From an uncultured Acidobacteriota bacterium (GTDB taxonomy: Bacteria; Acidobacteriota; UBA6911; RPQK01; JAPXNP01): a stretch of 64,000 nt of DNA. Within the stretch, counting starts at the first letter, position 1, and each line of letters begins with the position of its first letter. Positions 20,058 to 30,791 of the stretch are shown here, piece by piece. The stretch is taken from positions 224,001 through 288,000 of the forward strand of contig CAVZRV010000031.1 in the NCBI GenBank assembly GCA_963777605.1. Direction: 5' to 3'. The notes under the pieces were generated by a model that saw only the letters and a list, made by a program, of their open reading frames with translations, searched no databases and had not been told where the DNA came from. The translations under genes were made by a program, and so were the position numbers.

Positions 20058-21824
20058 ATGACACCTCCACGGCGAAAGACACTCTGGTTTATCTTCCTCT
20101 ATGTCGGCGTGGCCGGAAGTTGGATCATCGTTTCCGATTACGGCCTGGAGTTCCTACTCGGAGTCTCCGAGGAATCCCTGACATGGCAAACGATCAAGGG
20201 TCTGGCCTACGTTGCGGTCACCTGCCTGGTGCTTGCCCTCTGGTTCCACCGCCACGTCAAGAATGAACATGATGCCTATCAGAAACTTGACGAAGACAAG
20301 AGAACACTTGAGGCACTGGTAGCAAAAGTCACCGCCCAGCAGAGAGACGAGAGCCTGCACCAACAGATGTTCGAACACTCCCCCGATCTGCTCTTTATCG
20401 CGGACTCTGACGGAAGACTGAGAGAGCTGAATCCGGCTTGGAGGCACGTCCTCGGCTGGCCCCTGGATGAGATTACCTCTCGCCCGTGGAGAGACTTGGT
20501 CCACCCTGAGGACCTCGCGGCCACGGTTGCAGCCGAGAAGCAGGTCGCCCAGGGTCAGCCGATAACCGGTTTGGAGAATCGATGCCGCTGTGTGGACGGT
20601 AGTTACCGAACACTGTTCTGGACCATGATCCTGCTCGACCAGGAAGGTTCTCTCTTTGGTTCCGGCCGGGATGTCACGGAACAAAAGCAGATGGAGCGGG
20701 AACTCATTCATGCACAAAAAATGGAAAGCCTCGGCCACCTGGCCGGTGGCCTTTCGCATGACTTCAAAAACCTTCTCACCGTGATCGTTGCTCACGCGGA
20801 ACTGGTCAGAATGGACCTCCCCGAGGAGGAGTTCCCGGAAATTTCCGACGCCCTGGCACAGATCATCGAGGCCGGCAGCAAAGCGACCGAGTTGGCGGAT
20901 CGTCTGCTGGTCTTCGCGCGGAAGAAGAAGGTTCAGATATCGGCCCAAATCAATCCCTTAATTGAAGACCTCAAGAAGCTTCTCGCACCGATGCTGGGTA
21001 AAAGGATTGCGATCGAACTGGATCTGGACCCAAGGCTGGGAAACATCCTCCTGGACGAGTCCCAGCTCGAGCAGGTACTGATGAATCTTTGTGTCAATGC
21101 CAAAGATGCCATGCCTGAAGGGGGTTGCCTCGTCATCCGGACACGAGCGATCACGTTGACCGAATCGGAGGTTCTCAACCTGGCCGGGGGGACGTTCGCC
21201 GAGATTACAGTGAAAGACACGGGCACCGGGATTCCTGAAGAGTTTCGCCCCCACATTTTTGAACCATTTTTCACAACCAAGTCGGATTTGGGTGGAACCG
21301 GCCTGGGGCTTTCCACTGTCTATGCGATCGTTACCGGAGCCGGGGGCCACGTGTCGTTCGACAGTCTCACCGGCGACGGGACTCGATTCCGCATCCTTCT
21401 GCCGTTAGATGGCGACAGCGAGGCCGAGCCAAGTCAACGAGCGGTTCCAACCGGCTCAGCTACCGTCCTTCTGGTCGATGATGACCCCGCCCTTCGAAAA
21501 ACCCTCGAGCGATCTCTCAGTCGTTGGGGATATGAAGTCCTCACGGCCGCCAACGGCGGGGAGGCACTCCGAGTGGCAGCGCAGCACCCGAGGCGAATTG
21601 ACCTCTTGCTCACCGACATCGCGATGCCCGGCATCAGCGGTCTGGATCTTGCGTACCAGCTCGGTCGTGATCGCCCGGAAGCCGCAGTGCTCTTTCTGTC
21701 GGGTTCCCCGGAAGTCAAGGATTCCGACCTTGCTCGAGACGCCCGATTCATCGAGAAACCGTTCCGAGCCGAAGAACTGGCTCGAAGAATCGAGGAGGCA
21801 CTGGCCGACACCGGTATTCAGTAG
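20058..21824 (+). CDS. Membrane-anchored PAS hybrid sensor histidine kinase/response regulator (CckA-like)
   Basis: Two N-terminal TMs, PAS ([15 protein letters not shown]), H-box [14 protein letters not shown]-box [29 protein letters not shown], receiver ([22 protein letters not shown]). Confidence 0.93.
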   Translation: MTPPRRKTLWFIFLYVGVAGSWIIVSDYGLEFLLGVSEESLTWQTIKGLAYVAVTCLVLALWFHRHVKNEHDAYQKLDEDKRTLEALVAKVTAQQRDESLHQQMFEHSPDLLFIADSDGRLRELNPAWRHVLGWPLDEITSRPWRDLVHPEDLAATVAAEKQVAQGQPITGLENRCRCVDGSYRTLFWTMILLDQEGSLFGSGRDVTEQKQMERELIHAQKMESLGHLAGGLSHDFKNLLTVIVAHAELVRMDLPEEEFPEISDALAQIIEAGSKATELADRLLVFARKKKVQISAQINPLIEDLKKLLAPMLGKRIAIELDLDPRLGNILLDESQLEQVLMNLCVNAKDAMPEGGCLVIRTRAITLTESEVLNLAGGTFAEITVKDTGTGIPEEFRPHIFEPFFTTKSDLGGTGLGLSTVYAIVTGAGGHVSFDSLTGDGTRFRILLPLDGDSEAEPSQRAVPTGSATVLLVDDDPALRKTLERSLSRWGYEVLTAANGGEALRVAAQHPRRIDLLLTDIAMPGISGLDLAYQLGRDRPEAAVLFLSGSPEVKDSDLARDARFIEKPFRAEELARRIEEALADTGIQ

Positions 21825-23524
21825 CCAAAGGCGCAGCCGGCGCGCCTGGGGTCGCTCGCTCCGTGCCAGTTCCCTTCCCCATCGTTGAGGATGGCCTGGT
21901 AGCCCCCGAAAAACTGCTGTGTTCCCAGCGGGTTTGTGCGGTGTCCAAGGTGCTCGAGCTGGCGAATGACTCCCTGGGCCACGCCGACCTCGTATGCGAC
22001 CGACCCGCCCTGTTCCATCCGCTCCCCCCAGGGCTGGCTGGAACCCATGTGACGGATTCGGGGGGCGTCCCCCGCTTCCTGGATGTCCATTCCGAAATCG
22101 ATCATGTTGACCAGCACCTGGACGTGGCCTTGAGGCTGCATGTTGCCGCCCATCACCCCGAAGCTCAGCCAGGGCCGGCCGTTCCGGGTGACAAAGCTGG
22201 GGATGATGGTGTGGAAAGGGCGCTTGTGAGGCTCCAGCCCGTTGGGATGCTCCGGATCGAGGTTGAACATCGCACCCCGATTCTGCAGTACAAAACCGAG
22301 GTTGTTCGGCACCCATCCCGATCCGAACGCCCAGGAGTTGCTTTGAATCAGGCTCACCATGTTGCCGTCCTTGTCGGCAACCGCCATGAAAATGGTATCG
22401 CGCTCTTCCGGCATGTCGCCCGGCGAGTCGGTCATCAGGACGCGGTCGGGCCGGATCAGCTTTCGCCGCTCGGCGGCATACTCCTTGGAGAGCAGGCGAT
22501 CGAGCGGGATCTTCGCAAATTCCGGGTCGGCATAGTAGCGGGCGCGGTCGGCGAAGGCCAGCTTTTTGGCCTCGATCAAGACATGCAGGTATTGGGCGCT
22601 GTTGAATCCCATGGAGGCAAGGTCGTACCCCTCGAGAATATTCAGCATCTGGAGCGCGGCGATTCCCTGCCCGTTGGGAGGAAGTTCCCAGACTTGATAG
22701 CCCCGGTAGTCAACCGAAACCGGATCGACCCACTGTCCGTGCTGATCGGCAAAATCTTTCATGCTGAGAAACCCGTTGTGCCGCTTTGAGAACTCCACGA
22801 TGCGCTCGGCAATTTCACCTTTGTAGAAGGCATCGCGACCGCTGCGGGCGATCATTCGATAGGTGTCCGCCAGGGCCTGGTTTTTGAAGAAACTGCCGTT
22901 CTTCGGAAAGTGGCCGTCCGACATGTAGGTGTCGGCGAACCCGGGAATGTCGTAGTAGGCAGGCCCCGGATCGTCCCAACCCCTGATCGGAAAGCCGCTC
23001 TCGGCATATCCGATTGCAGGCTGCAGCAATTGCCCAAGATCCATGGTTCCAAAACGCTCCAGCAGCATCGACCAGCCATCAACGCACCCGGGCACCGTCC
23101 AAACCGCCGGCTCCTGAGCCGGAATCGCCGTGTAGCCCCGCGATTTCACGGCATCGACATCGATTGCGTAGGGCGAGCGTCCACTCGCATTGAGTCCGTA
23201 GAGCTTCTGTGATCGGGCATCCCAGTAAATCACGAACAAATCGCCCCCGATTCCGGAATTGGCGGGTTCCGCAAGTCCGATCATGGCGTTCGCGGCTACC
23301 GCTGCATCGATGGCGTTGCCCCCTCGCTTCAGGACGTCCAGACCAACCATGACGGCCAAAGGCTGGCTGGTCGCCACCATGCCATTCGGCGTGGAGACGA
23401 TTTCCCGGGTCTTGCCCATCATGAATCGCCGCGTTCCTGCGTCCTGGGCAGACAGGGAAACCAGGACGAAAGAGGTTACAGCCAACGTCGCAATCAACCG
23501 TTTCCAGGACTCAAACCCGTGCAT
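21818..23524 (-). CDS. ggt: Gamma-glutamyltransferase
   Basis: GMVATSQPLA, GGNAIDAAVA, GIGGDLF, TVPG, ELPPNGQG, EAKKLAFADR, catalytic Thr in DTIF, KRPFHTIIP, GVMGGNMQPQGH, GASDPRR. Confidence 0.93.
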   Translation of the reverse strand: MHGFESWKRLIATLAVTSFVLVSLSAQDAGTRRFMMGKTREIVSTPNGMVATSQPLAVMVGLDVLKRGGNAIDAAVAANAMIGLAEPANSGIGGDLFVIYWDARSQKLYGLNASGRSPYAIDVDAVKSRGYTAIPAQEPAVWTVPGCVDGWSMLLERFGTMDLGQLLQPAIGYAESGFPIRGWDDPGPAYYDIPGFADTYMSDGHFPKNGSFFKNQALADTYRMIARSGRDAFYKGEIAERIVEFSKRHNGFLSMKDFADQHGQWVDPVSVDYRGYQVWELPPNGQGIAALQMLNILEGYDLASMGFNSAQYLHVLIEAKKLAFADRARYYADPEFAKIPLDRLLSKEYAAERRKLIRPDRVLMTDSPGDMPEERDTIFMAVADKDGNMVSLIQSNSWAFGSGWVPNNLGFVLQNRGAMFNLDPEHPNGLEPHKRPFHTIIPSFVTRNGRPWLSFGVMGGNMQPQGHVQVLVNMIDFGMDIQEAGDAPRIRHMGSSQPWGERMEQGGSVAYEVGVAQGVIRQLEHLGHRTNPLGTQQFFGGYQAILNDGEGNWHGASDPRRAGCAFGY

Positions 23525-23693
23525 GGACACCTCTCTGATGATGGGGGTTGGCAAACAACAGCGTGCCCAAGATAGTCTGCCGGGCAACTGCATAGCAAGT
23601 CTGCGGGGATTCGCAGGGTAGCGGACACTCACCGAACGTGATTGAATCGGTTCCTGCATTGGACCCCACGAATTCCGTGCCCAGGGAGGCGCC

Positions 23694-25135
23694 ATGAAGA
23701 TCGTTCGATCATCGCTTGGAGTTTCAGCGATAAGTTCCCTCACTCAAGGTCTCTCCGTTCTCGTTCTCGCTCTCCTCACCCTTACGTCTGCGTGTGCAAA
23801 AACGGACCCGCTACCAGGTGGCTCGACCATGAGATCACCCGCAAATTTGGGAAACAAAGATCGCCTGGAGTGGTTTCGTGAAGCCCGATTCGGGATGTTC
23901 ATTCACTGGGGTCTCTATGCTCTCCCGGCGGGGGAATGGAATGGGCGGACCAACCACGGGGAGTGGATTCAGTTCCAGGAAAGTATTCCCGGAGCCGAGT
24001 ACGAGAAGCTTGCCGGCCAATTCAACCCGGTCGAATTCGACGCAAAGGAGTGGGTGTCGGTAGCGAAACAGGCCGGGATGAAATACATGGTGATCACGAC
24101 CAAGCACCACGAAGGCTTCGTCATGTACGACTCCCAGTTGACCGACTATGACATTGTGGAGGCCACGCCCTTCGGCCGGGATCCGATGAAAGAGCTCGCC
24201 GAGAGTGCCGCCGACAGGGCATCACCCTGTGCTTCTACTATTCGGTACAGGACTGGCATCATCCGGACTATCCGACACTCTACACCCGGCGGGACAAGCG
24301 GCATCCCGAGGGCTTCCACGGTTTCGCCAATCCCGATGCCGACTTCCTGAAGTACATGGACTACCTCCAGGGCCAGGTCCGGGAACTGCTCACCAACTAT
24401 GGCCCGGTCGGGATTATCTGGTTCGACTGGTACGGGGACGCCTTCCAGTCGCCAGCCGAACTGCAGCGGGCAAAGGACGTGGTCTCCATGATCCATGAAC
24501 TGCAGCCGAACTGCCTCGTAAACAATCGCTTCGGTGGCGTCGGCGCGGACTACGGCACTCCGGAACAGCAGATCCCGGGGGGAAGTCAGGCAACCGCCTT
24601 CGAGGTCTGCATGACCATGAACGGTCACTGGGGCTACAACAGTCACGACGACAACTGGAAGGACGCCAGGACCATCGTTTTTAACCTTTGCGACATCGCG
24701 AGCAAGGGGGGCAATTACCTGCTCAATGTCGGGCCCACCGCCGAGGGACGGTTTCCCGACGAATCGGTGAGAATCCTGAAGGAGGTTGGCCGCTGGACAG
24801 CTGCCAACGGTGAGGCAATCTATGGAGTCGCAGCGGGGCCGGACATGAGATGGGAGGCCGATATCGACATGGTGACCCGGCGGCCTGACCGGGACTACCT
24901 CCACGTGTTCAGGTGGCCCAAGGACGGTAAGATCTTTTATCAATATCCCTTCTTCGAATTCGAACGCGGCCTCAAAAAGGTCTACCTCCTGCTCGATGAG
25001 TCCCGCACTCCCCTGCCGGTCGCGAAGTTTCGCCGCGCGATCCAGTTTGAGGTTCCCCAGGAGGCGCCCGACCCGATCAACAGTATTGTCGTCGTCGAAT
25101 ATGAGACGTCCAAAATCAAGCCAGGAGATCACTGA
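23694..25135 (+). CDS. Alpha-L-fucosidase (GH29), lipoprotein-like signal, frameshift near 24210
   Basis: RFGMFIHWG and TTKHHEGF in ORF 23694..24350. IIWFD, FEVCMTMNGHWGY and SKGGNYLLNVGP in ORF 24356..25135. Confidence 0.9.
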
Positions 25136-25400
25136 TGAGCAAGAATGCCGGGATGCAGAGACAAGTCACTCGAAGGGAGTTGTTTGGAACGATGACGGCG
25201 GCAGCAGCCGCTGCTGCTGTGGTGCCGGGCTCTGGATTCGGAGCGCCGGTTCTGCAGTCCCGTCCGGGCAAATCCGACTCCAATTTCGGTGGGGTTTAAA
25301 TCGGCGCCATCACGTACAGCTTCCGAAGCATGCCCAGCACGGCGGAGGACCTGCTCAAGTACCTCACCCAGTGGCTCGAATGCGGTTGCCGAGGTGGAGA
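25135..25400 (+). pseudogene. 5' remnant of a Tat-exported sugar-phosphate isomerase/epimerase (AP-endonuclease-2 TIM barrel)
   Basis: Coupled start (TGATG). Manual translation MSKNAGMQRQVTRRELFGTMTAAAAAAAVVPG..SDSNFGGV*IGAITYSFRSMPSTAEDLLKYLTQ shows an in-frame TAA, then similarity ends. Confidence 0.65.
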
Positions 25401-25480
25401 AATGCGTTGACTTCTGCAGGATCGCCTCGGCCTGAGGAGCCGCCATTGACATGAAATAGCGATGAAAATAGACTAATTTC

Positions 25481-25714
25481 ATGTCAAAAACCATGGTTCA
25501 GATCCGCAATGTACCGCCTGAACTCCATCGGCGCCTGAAGGCCCGGGCGGCCCTTGAAGGGATGTCGATGTCGGACTACGTGTTGCGTGAGTTGCGCAAG
25601 TCGTTGGAGCGCCCAATGCGCCATGAGGTACTGGAACGGCTCCGGACTCAAGCCGATCGGGTCTTCAAGTTGAGCCCGACCGAGGCGATTCGGATGGAGC
25701 GAGACGCAAGGTGA
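25481..25714 (+). CDS. vapB: FitA/VapB-like ribbon-helix-helix antitoxin
   Basis: MVQIRNVPPELHRRLKARAALEGMSMSDYVLREL. Overlaps the toxin start (GTGA). Confidence 0.88.
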   Translation: MSKTMVQIRNVPPELHRRLKARAALEGMSMSDYVLRELRKSLERPMRHEVLERLRTQADRVFKLSPTEAIRMERDAR

Positions 25715-26106
25715 TCGTCCTCGACGCCTCCGCTCTTCTGGAGTTGCTTCTGGGCACTGCTCGTGGAAAGTCCGTCAGCGTTCGGATCCAGGACCCGGCC
25801 CTCAGTCTCCACGTCCCGCATCTCGCCGACGTCGAAATCACCCAGGTGCTGCGCCGCTTCGTGAGGGAAGGTGAACTCGAACCCGCAGCGGCGTTGACGG
25901 TTCTCGAAGATCTGCGATCGCTCGACCTGGAACGGCACCCACATGAACCGCTTTTGGAACGGGTCTGGGGGTTACGGGAGAATCTGTCTGCTTATGATGC
26001 CGTCTATGTGGCTCTGGCCGAAGCGCTGGAAACGGTCCTCCTAACATGTGATGCCAAACTGGCCCGTGCACCAGGTGCTCACCTTCGAGTTGAACTGATC
26101 GAGTGA
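25711..26106 (+). CDS. vapC: VapC-family PIN-domain toxin
   Basis: MIVLDASALLELL, VPHLADVE, NLSAYDAVYVALAEAL, LLTCD. Confidence 0.93.
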   Translation: MIVLDASALLELLLGTARGKSVSVRIQDPALSLHVPHLADVEITQVLRRFVREGELEPAAALTVLEDLRSLDLERHPHEPLLERVWGLRENLSAYDAVYVALAEALETVLLTCDAKLARAPGAHLRVELIE

Positions 26107-26294
26107 ACGGCGTTCCAAACCTGCCCGGCGAACTCCAGGTGGCTATTACGCTAAAGGAGGTTTCCGTTGGCACCGGACTGGAGATCGTGCAGGAAGGCGT
26201 GCCCGATGTCATCCCTCCGGAAGCCTGCTACCTTGGCTGGCAGGAATCGCTAACGCTACTTGCCAAACTGGTCGAAGCCGAGATCCCAGGTTAG
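26103..26294 (+). pseudogene. 3' remnant of an SRPBCC (AHA1-like) family gene
   Basis: PNLPGELQVAITLKEVSVGTGLEIVQEGVPDVIPPEACYLGWQESLTLLAKLVE matches only the C-terminal part of that ~145-aa family. Confidence 0.7.
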
Positions 26295-26488
26295 CCCCGC
26301 CCCCGCGCTTCGCGGAGACCGTTGAGAGAGTGAAACTTTTTTCGAATCGGGAATCGAGAAGCGGGAAGCGAGAATGAACCCACGCCTAAGCGAGATGGGC
26401 CGCGATGGCGTTAGAAACACCCGGTCTTCGTCATTCGACAACCATTCTCGATGCTCGCTTCTCGATTCCCGATTCCTCCCCCGGTCTT
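26287..26488 (+). repeat. Dispersed intergenic repeat, type B, copy 2 (core motif plus heptamer-armed inverted repeat)
   Basis: Core ggttagccccgcc..cgcgga..gagagtgaaact at 26287-26337. Arms gaatcgggaatcgagaagcg (26344) and cgcttctcgattcccgattc (about 26456-26475) are inverted. Confidence 0.88.
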
Positions 26489-26664
26489 CTATCTTCTGTT
26501 CGCTAGTGCGATCCCGGAACACCCCCGAGGTCACGGCAGCGGATCCCGGGTAATCTCCCAATTCAAGGTACAATTCGGTTCGACGCGACGAGCTGCGGCT
26601 CCGTCGACGGACGGAATGCTCATAAATTCACAGGCAGGGCGATCGACCCTGGAGGTACTCACTG

Positions 26665-28162
26665 ATGAAACGACGAGATTTCTTGACCCACTCGGGACTG
26701 GTCGGATTGGGAGCGGCTTTCTCTTCCAAATTTGGCTCCGCCCAGTCGATTCACCCTGAGCCACCGGTTCGTTCGGCTCGAAACATCATCTTCTACGTCT
26801 ATGACGGATTCAGCTGGGAAGACCTCGCGGTCGCCCGCCACTTCATTCACCGCAGTAAGGGGAGGGCCCTGGCGCTGGAACGGCTCCTGACACTTGGAAG
26901 GTCAGGATCGATGTTTACCCACAGTCTTACGAGCATCATCACCGATTCTGCTGCTGCTTCAACCGCATTTGGAACCGGACGAAGGACAGGCAACGGCAAC
27001 ATCGGCGTCTTCCCGGACGGACAGAAGCTGACGACAATCCTGGAAGTGGCGAAGGGACAAGGAAAGTCAACCGGTCTCATCACAACGGCCCGGGTAACTC
27101 ACGCAACCCCCGCCGGATGCTCGGTCCACGTCAAGGACCGGGACAACGAAGACGAGATTGCCGCCCAATACCTGGAACTGCAACCGGATGTGATCCTCGG
27201 AGGAGGTTCCAGACACTTCGGGTCCGCTAGCCGAGGTGACGGACGAGACCTTTATGGAGAGTTCGCAGCCAAGGGATATTCAGTTGTCAGGACGGCGGAA
27301 GAACTCGAGGCGCTCGCGGGATCAAAAGTACTCGGCACGTTCAGCAATTCGCACATGCCCTACGAAATCGATCGCCGCTATCAGGGAGTCGAAGGCCCAA
27401 GCCTGGCCGATATCACCAGGACGGGCCTCGACCTACTGTCGGCTTCGTCCCGAGGATTCGTCGTCCAGATCGAAGCTGGACGAATCGACCACGCCAATCA
27501 CAACAACGATCCCGGGGCCATGCTTTGGGACGTGCTGGCAGCTGACGAGGCGCTGGAGATCGTCCTTGATTTCACTGACCGAAATCCGGGGACGCTGCTG
27601 ATTCTGGGATCGGATCATGGGACCGGAGGCGGCGCCATCTATGGAATCGGAACCGAGTATCAAAGGTCCTCCACTTCCTTCGATCGGATCGGCTCGCGAA
27701 GAGGCATCCTACGAACACATCCTGGGTCAGCTCGGATCGTCGCCGCAGGCGTCCGAGATAGCGGAAGCGGCCAGAACTTACCTGGGCCTCTCTCTCAAAC
27801 CGGAAAAGGCCGCCATCATTGCCGACGCCATCCAGGGGCATCCCCGGATCGCCAATATCGCCGCCTACCACGAACAACCGGCCAACTCGCTGGCCTCCGT
27901 GGTTGCCGCCGGCATGAATTTTGACAACCCTGACAACCTGAACATCCAGTATTCGGCCGGACAGCACACCGCGGGGCCGGTGCCGATCGCGGTCTACGGC
28001 GCGGGAACGACCACCGCTCAACTGGGCCTGGTCGACATCACTGAGATCTACCCCTGGATGACCAGCGCCCTCGGTGTACAGCACGACAACCCTGTGATGA
28101 GCGAAGCCGAGGCGATTTCCATTCTTGAAGGGACAGAGGGGGCCACCGGGACCGAAGGTTGA
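26665..28162 (+). CDS. phoA: Alkaline phosphatase (PhoA family) with Tat signal, frameshift near 27700
   Basis: MKRRDFL, NIIFYVYDG, ITDSAAASTA (phospho-Ser), THATPA, EAGRIDHANH, SDHGTGG. C-terminal QHTAGPVPIAVYG in ORF 27617..28162. Confidence 0.88.
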
Positions 28163-28184
28163 GGCGAGGAAGATCGACTGGAAC

Positions 28185-28580
28185 CTACTCCTGGCCTCGT
28201 CTGGGCTTTCGCATTGATGTAGACCTCGGGCTTGTTCTGGCTCCGGGCATCACGAACGTTTTGTCGTCGAGGCGTCCTTCTGTGTATGCTCTCAGGACGC
28301 CAGGGACATCCCCACAGACCTCGTCAAGAACTTCGATGCCTTTCGATTCCAGGAGCAATTTGAGTGATCTCGAAATAGCGCCGCAGATCAAGACATCCAC
28401 GCCCAGATCGGCAACCTGGGTTGCACGACGCGAAGGATCGTAGAGAACAATGCTCTTCTCGGAGCAAGCAATTTTGCCGGTGACCTCCAAGTCGAGCATG
28501 AGAAGATGATTCGCGGCATCAAAGACCGGAGAGACTCGTCCCCTCCAATAGGGTACTGCGACTTTCACGCCGGACTTCAA
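28185..28580 (-). CDS. NifB/NifX-family (FeMo-cofactor-binding-like) protein
   Basis: KVAVPYWRGRVSPVFDAA and GVDVLICGAIS. Confidence 0.82.
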   Translation of the reverse strand: MKSGVKVAVPYWRGRVSPVFDAANHLLMLDLEVTGKIACSEKSIVLYDPSRRATQVADLGVDVLICGAISRSLKLLLESKGIEVLDEVCGDVPGVLRAYTEGRLDDKTFVMPGARTSPRSTSMRKPRRGQE

Positions 28581-28989
28581 CGCAAGTTACCTTCCAGAGA
28601 CGGCGCACCGACTCTGCCAGCCCAAACCTCCGGTTCCTCCTTGCCAGGATTGATAGCGTGCCGGTTCAACCGACTACCCTGCCGCTTTGAGAGCTTCTGT
28701 TGAACGACTCAAAAGCCTGCACCGTGCAACGACAACCGTTCTCACAGAGGCATTTTGCAATGCCCCGGCCCGGCTTCTCCAAGGCCAGGCAGCTTCAACG
28801 TGCTCTCTGGCAACGGTCTCAAGGGAAGAAGAACACGGGTCACTTATGGAATGCGGTTTGCTTTCAGCAGATATGTGATCGTGGTGTGAACACGGTAATC
28901 AGCTGCTCTGCAACTCAAGCTGTCGCCACTTGATTGCGGCGACTCCTGAAGCCGTGAAATGGACGTTGGCGGGATGGAGGGTAGCCCTC

Positions 28990-29500
28990 ATGACCGTACA
29001 AGCGCGGGAGCCGATTCTGAATCTCGAGCCGGACGAGTTTGAGAAGAAGATCCTCAGAGCATCAAGGGAACGAATCGTACTCCTCGAATTTTGGGCTGAG
29101 CGGTGCCACTCCGGTGGCGAAGTTGCCGACACGCTGACGCGGCACGCAGAACGATTCCACGGCCAGTGCGTACTTGCCCGTGTGGATGTCGAACGGTGGC
29201 CGGAATTCGCGGCGAAGTTCTGCATGCAAGGGATTCCCACTATTCTCGTGTTCTCCGATTGCAAGCTCGTCGGCAAGTTCGTGGGGCCACATCCCGATAA
29301 GCAGCTTCGAAATCTCCTTGACCAGTATGCTACCGGTGATGCGCATCCAGGGTGGGACTCTCACCAACCGCCCGAGAATGTCGAACGAAAGCACAGGAGG
29401 GCCCAACTCGGCCCTTCGATCGAGCTCAATGCAGAGCCGTTCCCGTCGTGGCCGCACGTGACCGATAGCGCTATGGAACCGGGCCGGGCCCGGAGGGACA
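28990..29500 (+). CDS. Thioredoxin-fold protein (YbbN/CnoX N-domain-like) lacking a CxxC motif; 3' end uncertain
   Basis: RBS GGAGG. IVLLEFWAERCHSG, LARVDVE, MQGIPTILVF, GKFVG. Sequence after about residue 115 is not thioredoxin-like. Confidence 0.6.
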
Positions 29501-29535
29501 ACCAAGCCTGGAACCGAAGCCCCCGGAGGTCAACT

Positions 29536-29874
29536 ATGAACAACAAGGGGAGCAACATCCAACAACGGTGGGGCGACTGGTACGTTGAACCCGACCGTCT
29601 CGAACTCGTACTGGATCGCTCGGGCTGTGTCGAGTACGTCGTCGACCTCGAGATGTGCACCAGCAGCGCTCGGGTCTTGAATCAACTCGTCGAACTTGCC
29701 GGGAAACCCTGGATCCAGCCGATGGATGTCTACGGACTCCTGAAAGCCTTGGACGACCTACTTCAGATTCAGGTAACGCTCTGTCCGGACGAATCGGAAA
29801 GCCGGCTCGACAAAACCACGCTCGGAGAACTGATCCGGAGCTCTGCTGGAACTGCAGTCAGATGTCGAACTTGA
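29536..29874 (+). CDS. Hypothetical protein (112 aa), probably a separate gene though in frame with the thioredoxin ORF
   Basis: Own RBS GGAGGT 6 nt before ATG 29536. RWGDWYVE..YVVDLEMCTSSA..LKALDDLL. Confidence 0.55.
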   Translation: MNNKGSNIQQRWGDWYVEPDRLELVLDRSGCVEYVVDLEMCTSSARVLNQLVELAGKPWIQPMDVYGLLKALDDLLQIQVTLCPDESESRLDKTTLGELIRSSAGTAVRCRT

Positions 29875-29957
29875 TCTGTCCCTGTCGATCATCAGACGCG
29901 CGGCCGTCCAAGGAGCCGCTACATTTCCACTCCCCCGCAGCTTCTTCCAGCCCATTT

Positions 29958-30791
29958 TCAGAAGCCCGCAAGGTAGACTAACCCACCAACACCCAACCCG
30001 AATATCAGGTTCAGAGCCTTGATCAGGATTGAGTCTCTGACCGTGTAGGACAAGAGCGGCAGCATCCCATGCCCATCCTGGACTATGGAATTGGTCAACA
30101 ATATCGAGAACGGAATGATTCCGCTGGCGAACAGAGTCACGAAGATCAGGTTTGGCCCGGATTCCGGAATGATCCCGAACAGCGCACTCAGAATAAGCAC
30201 CATACCAAGGTGAGCTCTCACGATTGCCCCCAGGTCCCAGTAGTGTGTCCCGCTGCTGACAATCAGGAGCGCCAGGAAGGTCCAGATGAAGACCCTCCAG
30301 AGATGGCGCTTGACGATATGTCCCCAGACATGGTCTCTCAAGTAATGACCCACCGTCTCGTGGCCCGGGTGGTGCTCCTGCTTACCGCACTTCTCGCAAG
30401 GGATAATGCGGAGCAGGGCGGCCACGCGATCAGCAATCCAGCCAAACACGACCCCCAACACAAACAACATGCCGAAAAGCAGGAGGGCCTGTTTGGGAAA
30501 CATGGCGAGCATCACAAAGGCCTCGTCCCCGGAAGTGGCAACCATACAGGCGACGATCGCCCCGAAAGTCACAACGCCGTGCACGTATAGGGTTACCGAC
30601 ATGAACGCCCCGAGGCAGCCCGGGGTTGCGCCGAGGAGAGACGTCAGGATGTACTGTCGCCACTGCCCTCCTCTCAGTAGCAACCGCAACCGCCCCTGAG
30701 TTCGCACATCGACCAGGTCCACCAGAATCATCATGACGAGGACCAGGAGCGTGATCTGGAGAGCTTGAAGCAGATTCTCGCCTAATTGCAT
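29958..30791 (-). CDS. Putative manganese/heavy-metal transporter (DUF2899/ArsP_2-like)
   Basis: Multiple TMs, LGATPGCLGAF, ATSGDEAFVML, GIIPESGP, NSIVQDGHGMLPLL. Cys/His loop CEKCGKQEHHPGH. Confidence 0.8.
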   Translation of the reverse strand: MQLGENLLQALQITLLVLVMMILVDLVDVRTQGRLRLLLRGGQWRQYILTSLLGATPGCLGAFMSVTLYVHGVVTFGAIVACMVATSGDEAFVMLAMFPKQALLLFGMLFVLGVVFGWIADRVAALLRIIPCEKCGKQEHHPGHETVGHYLRDHVWGHIVKRHLWRVFIWTFLALLIVSSGTHYWDLGAIVRAHLGMVLILSALFGIIPESGPNLIFVTLFASGIIPFSILLTNSIVQDGHGMLPLLSYTVRDSILIKALNLIFGLGVGGLVYLAGF

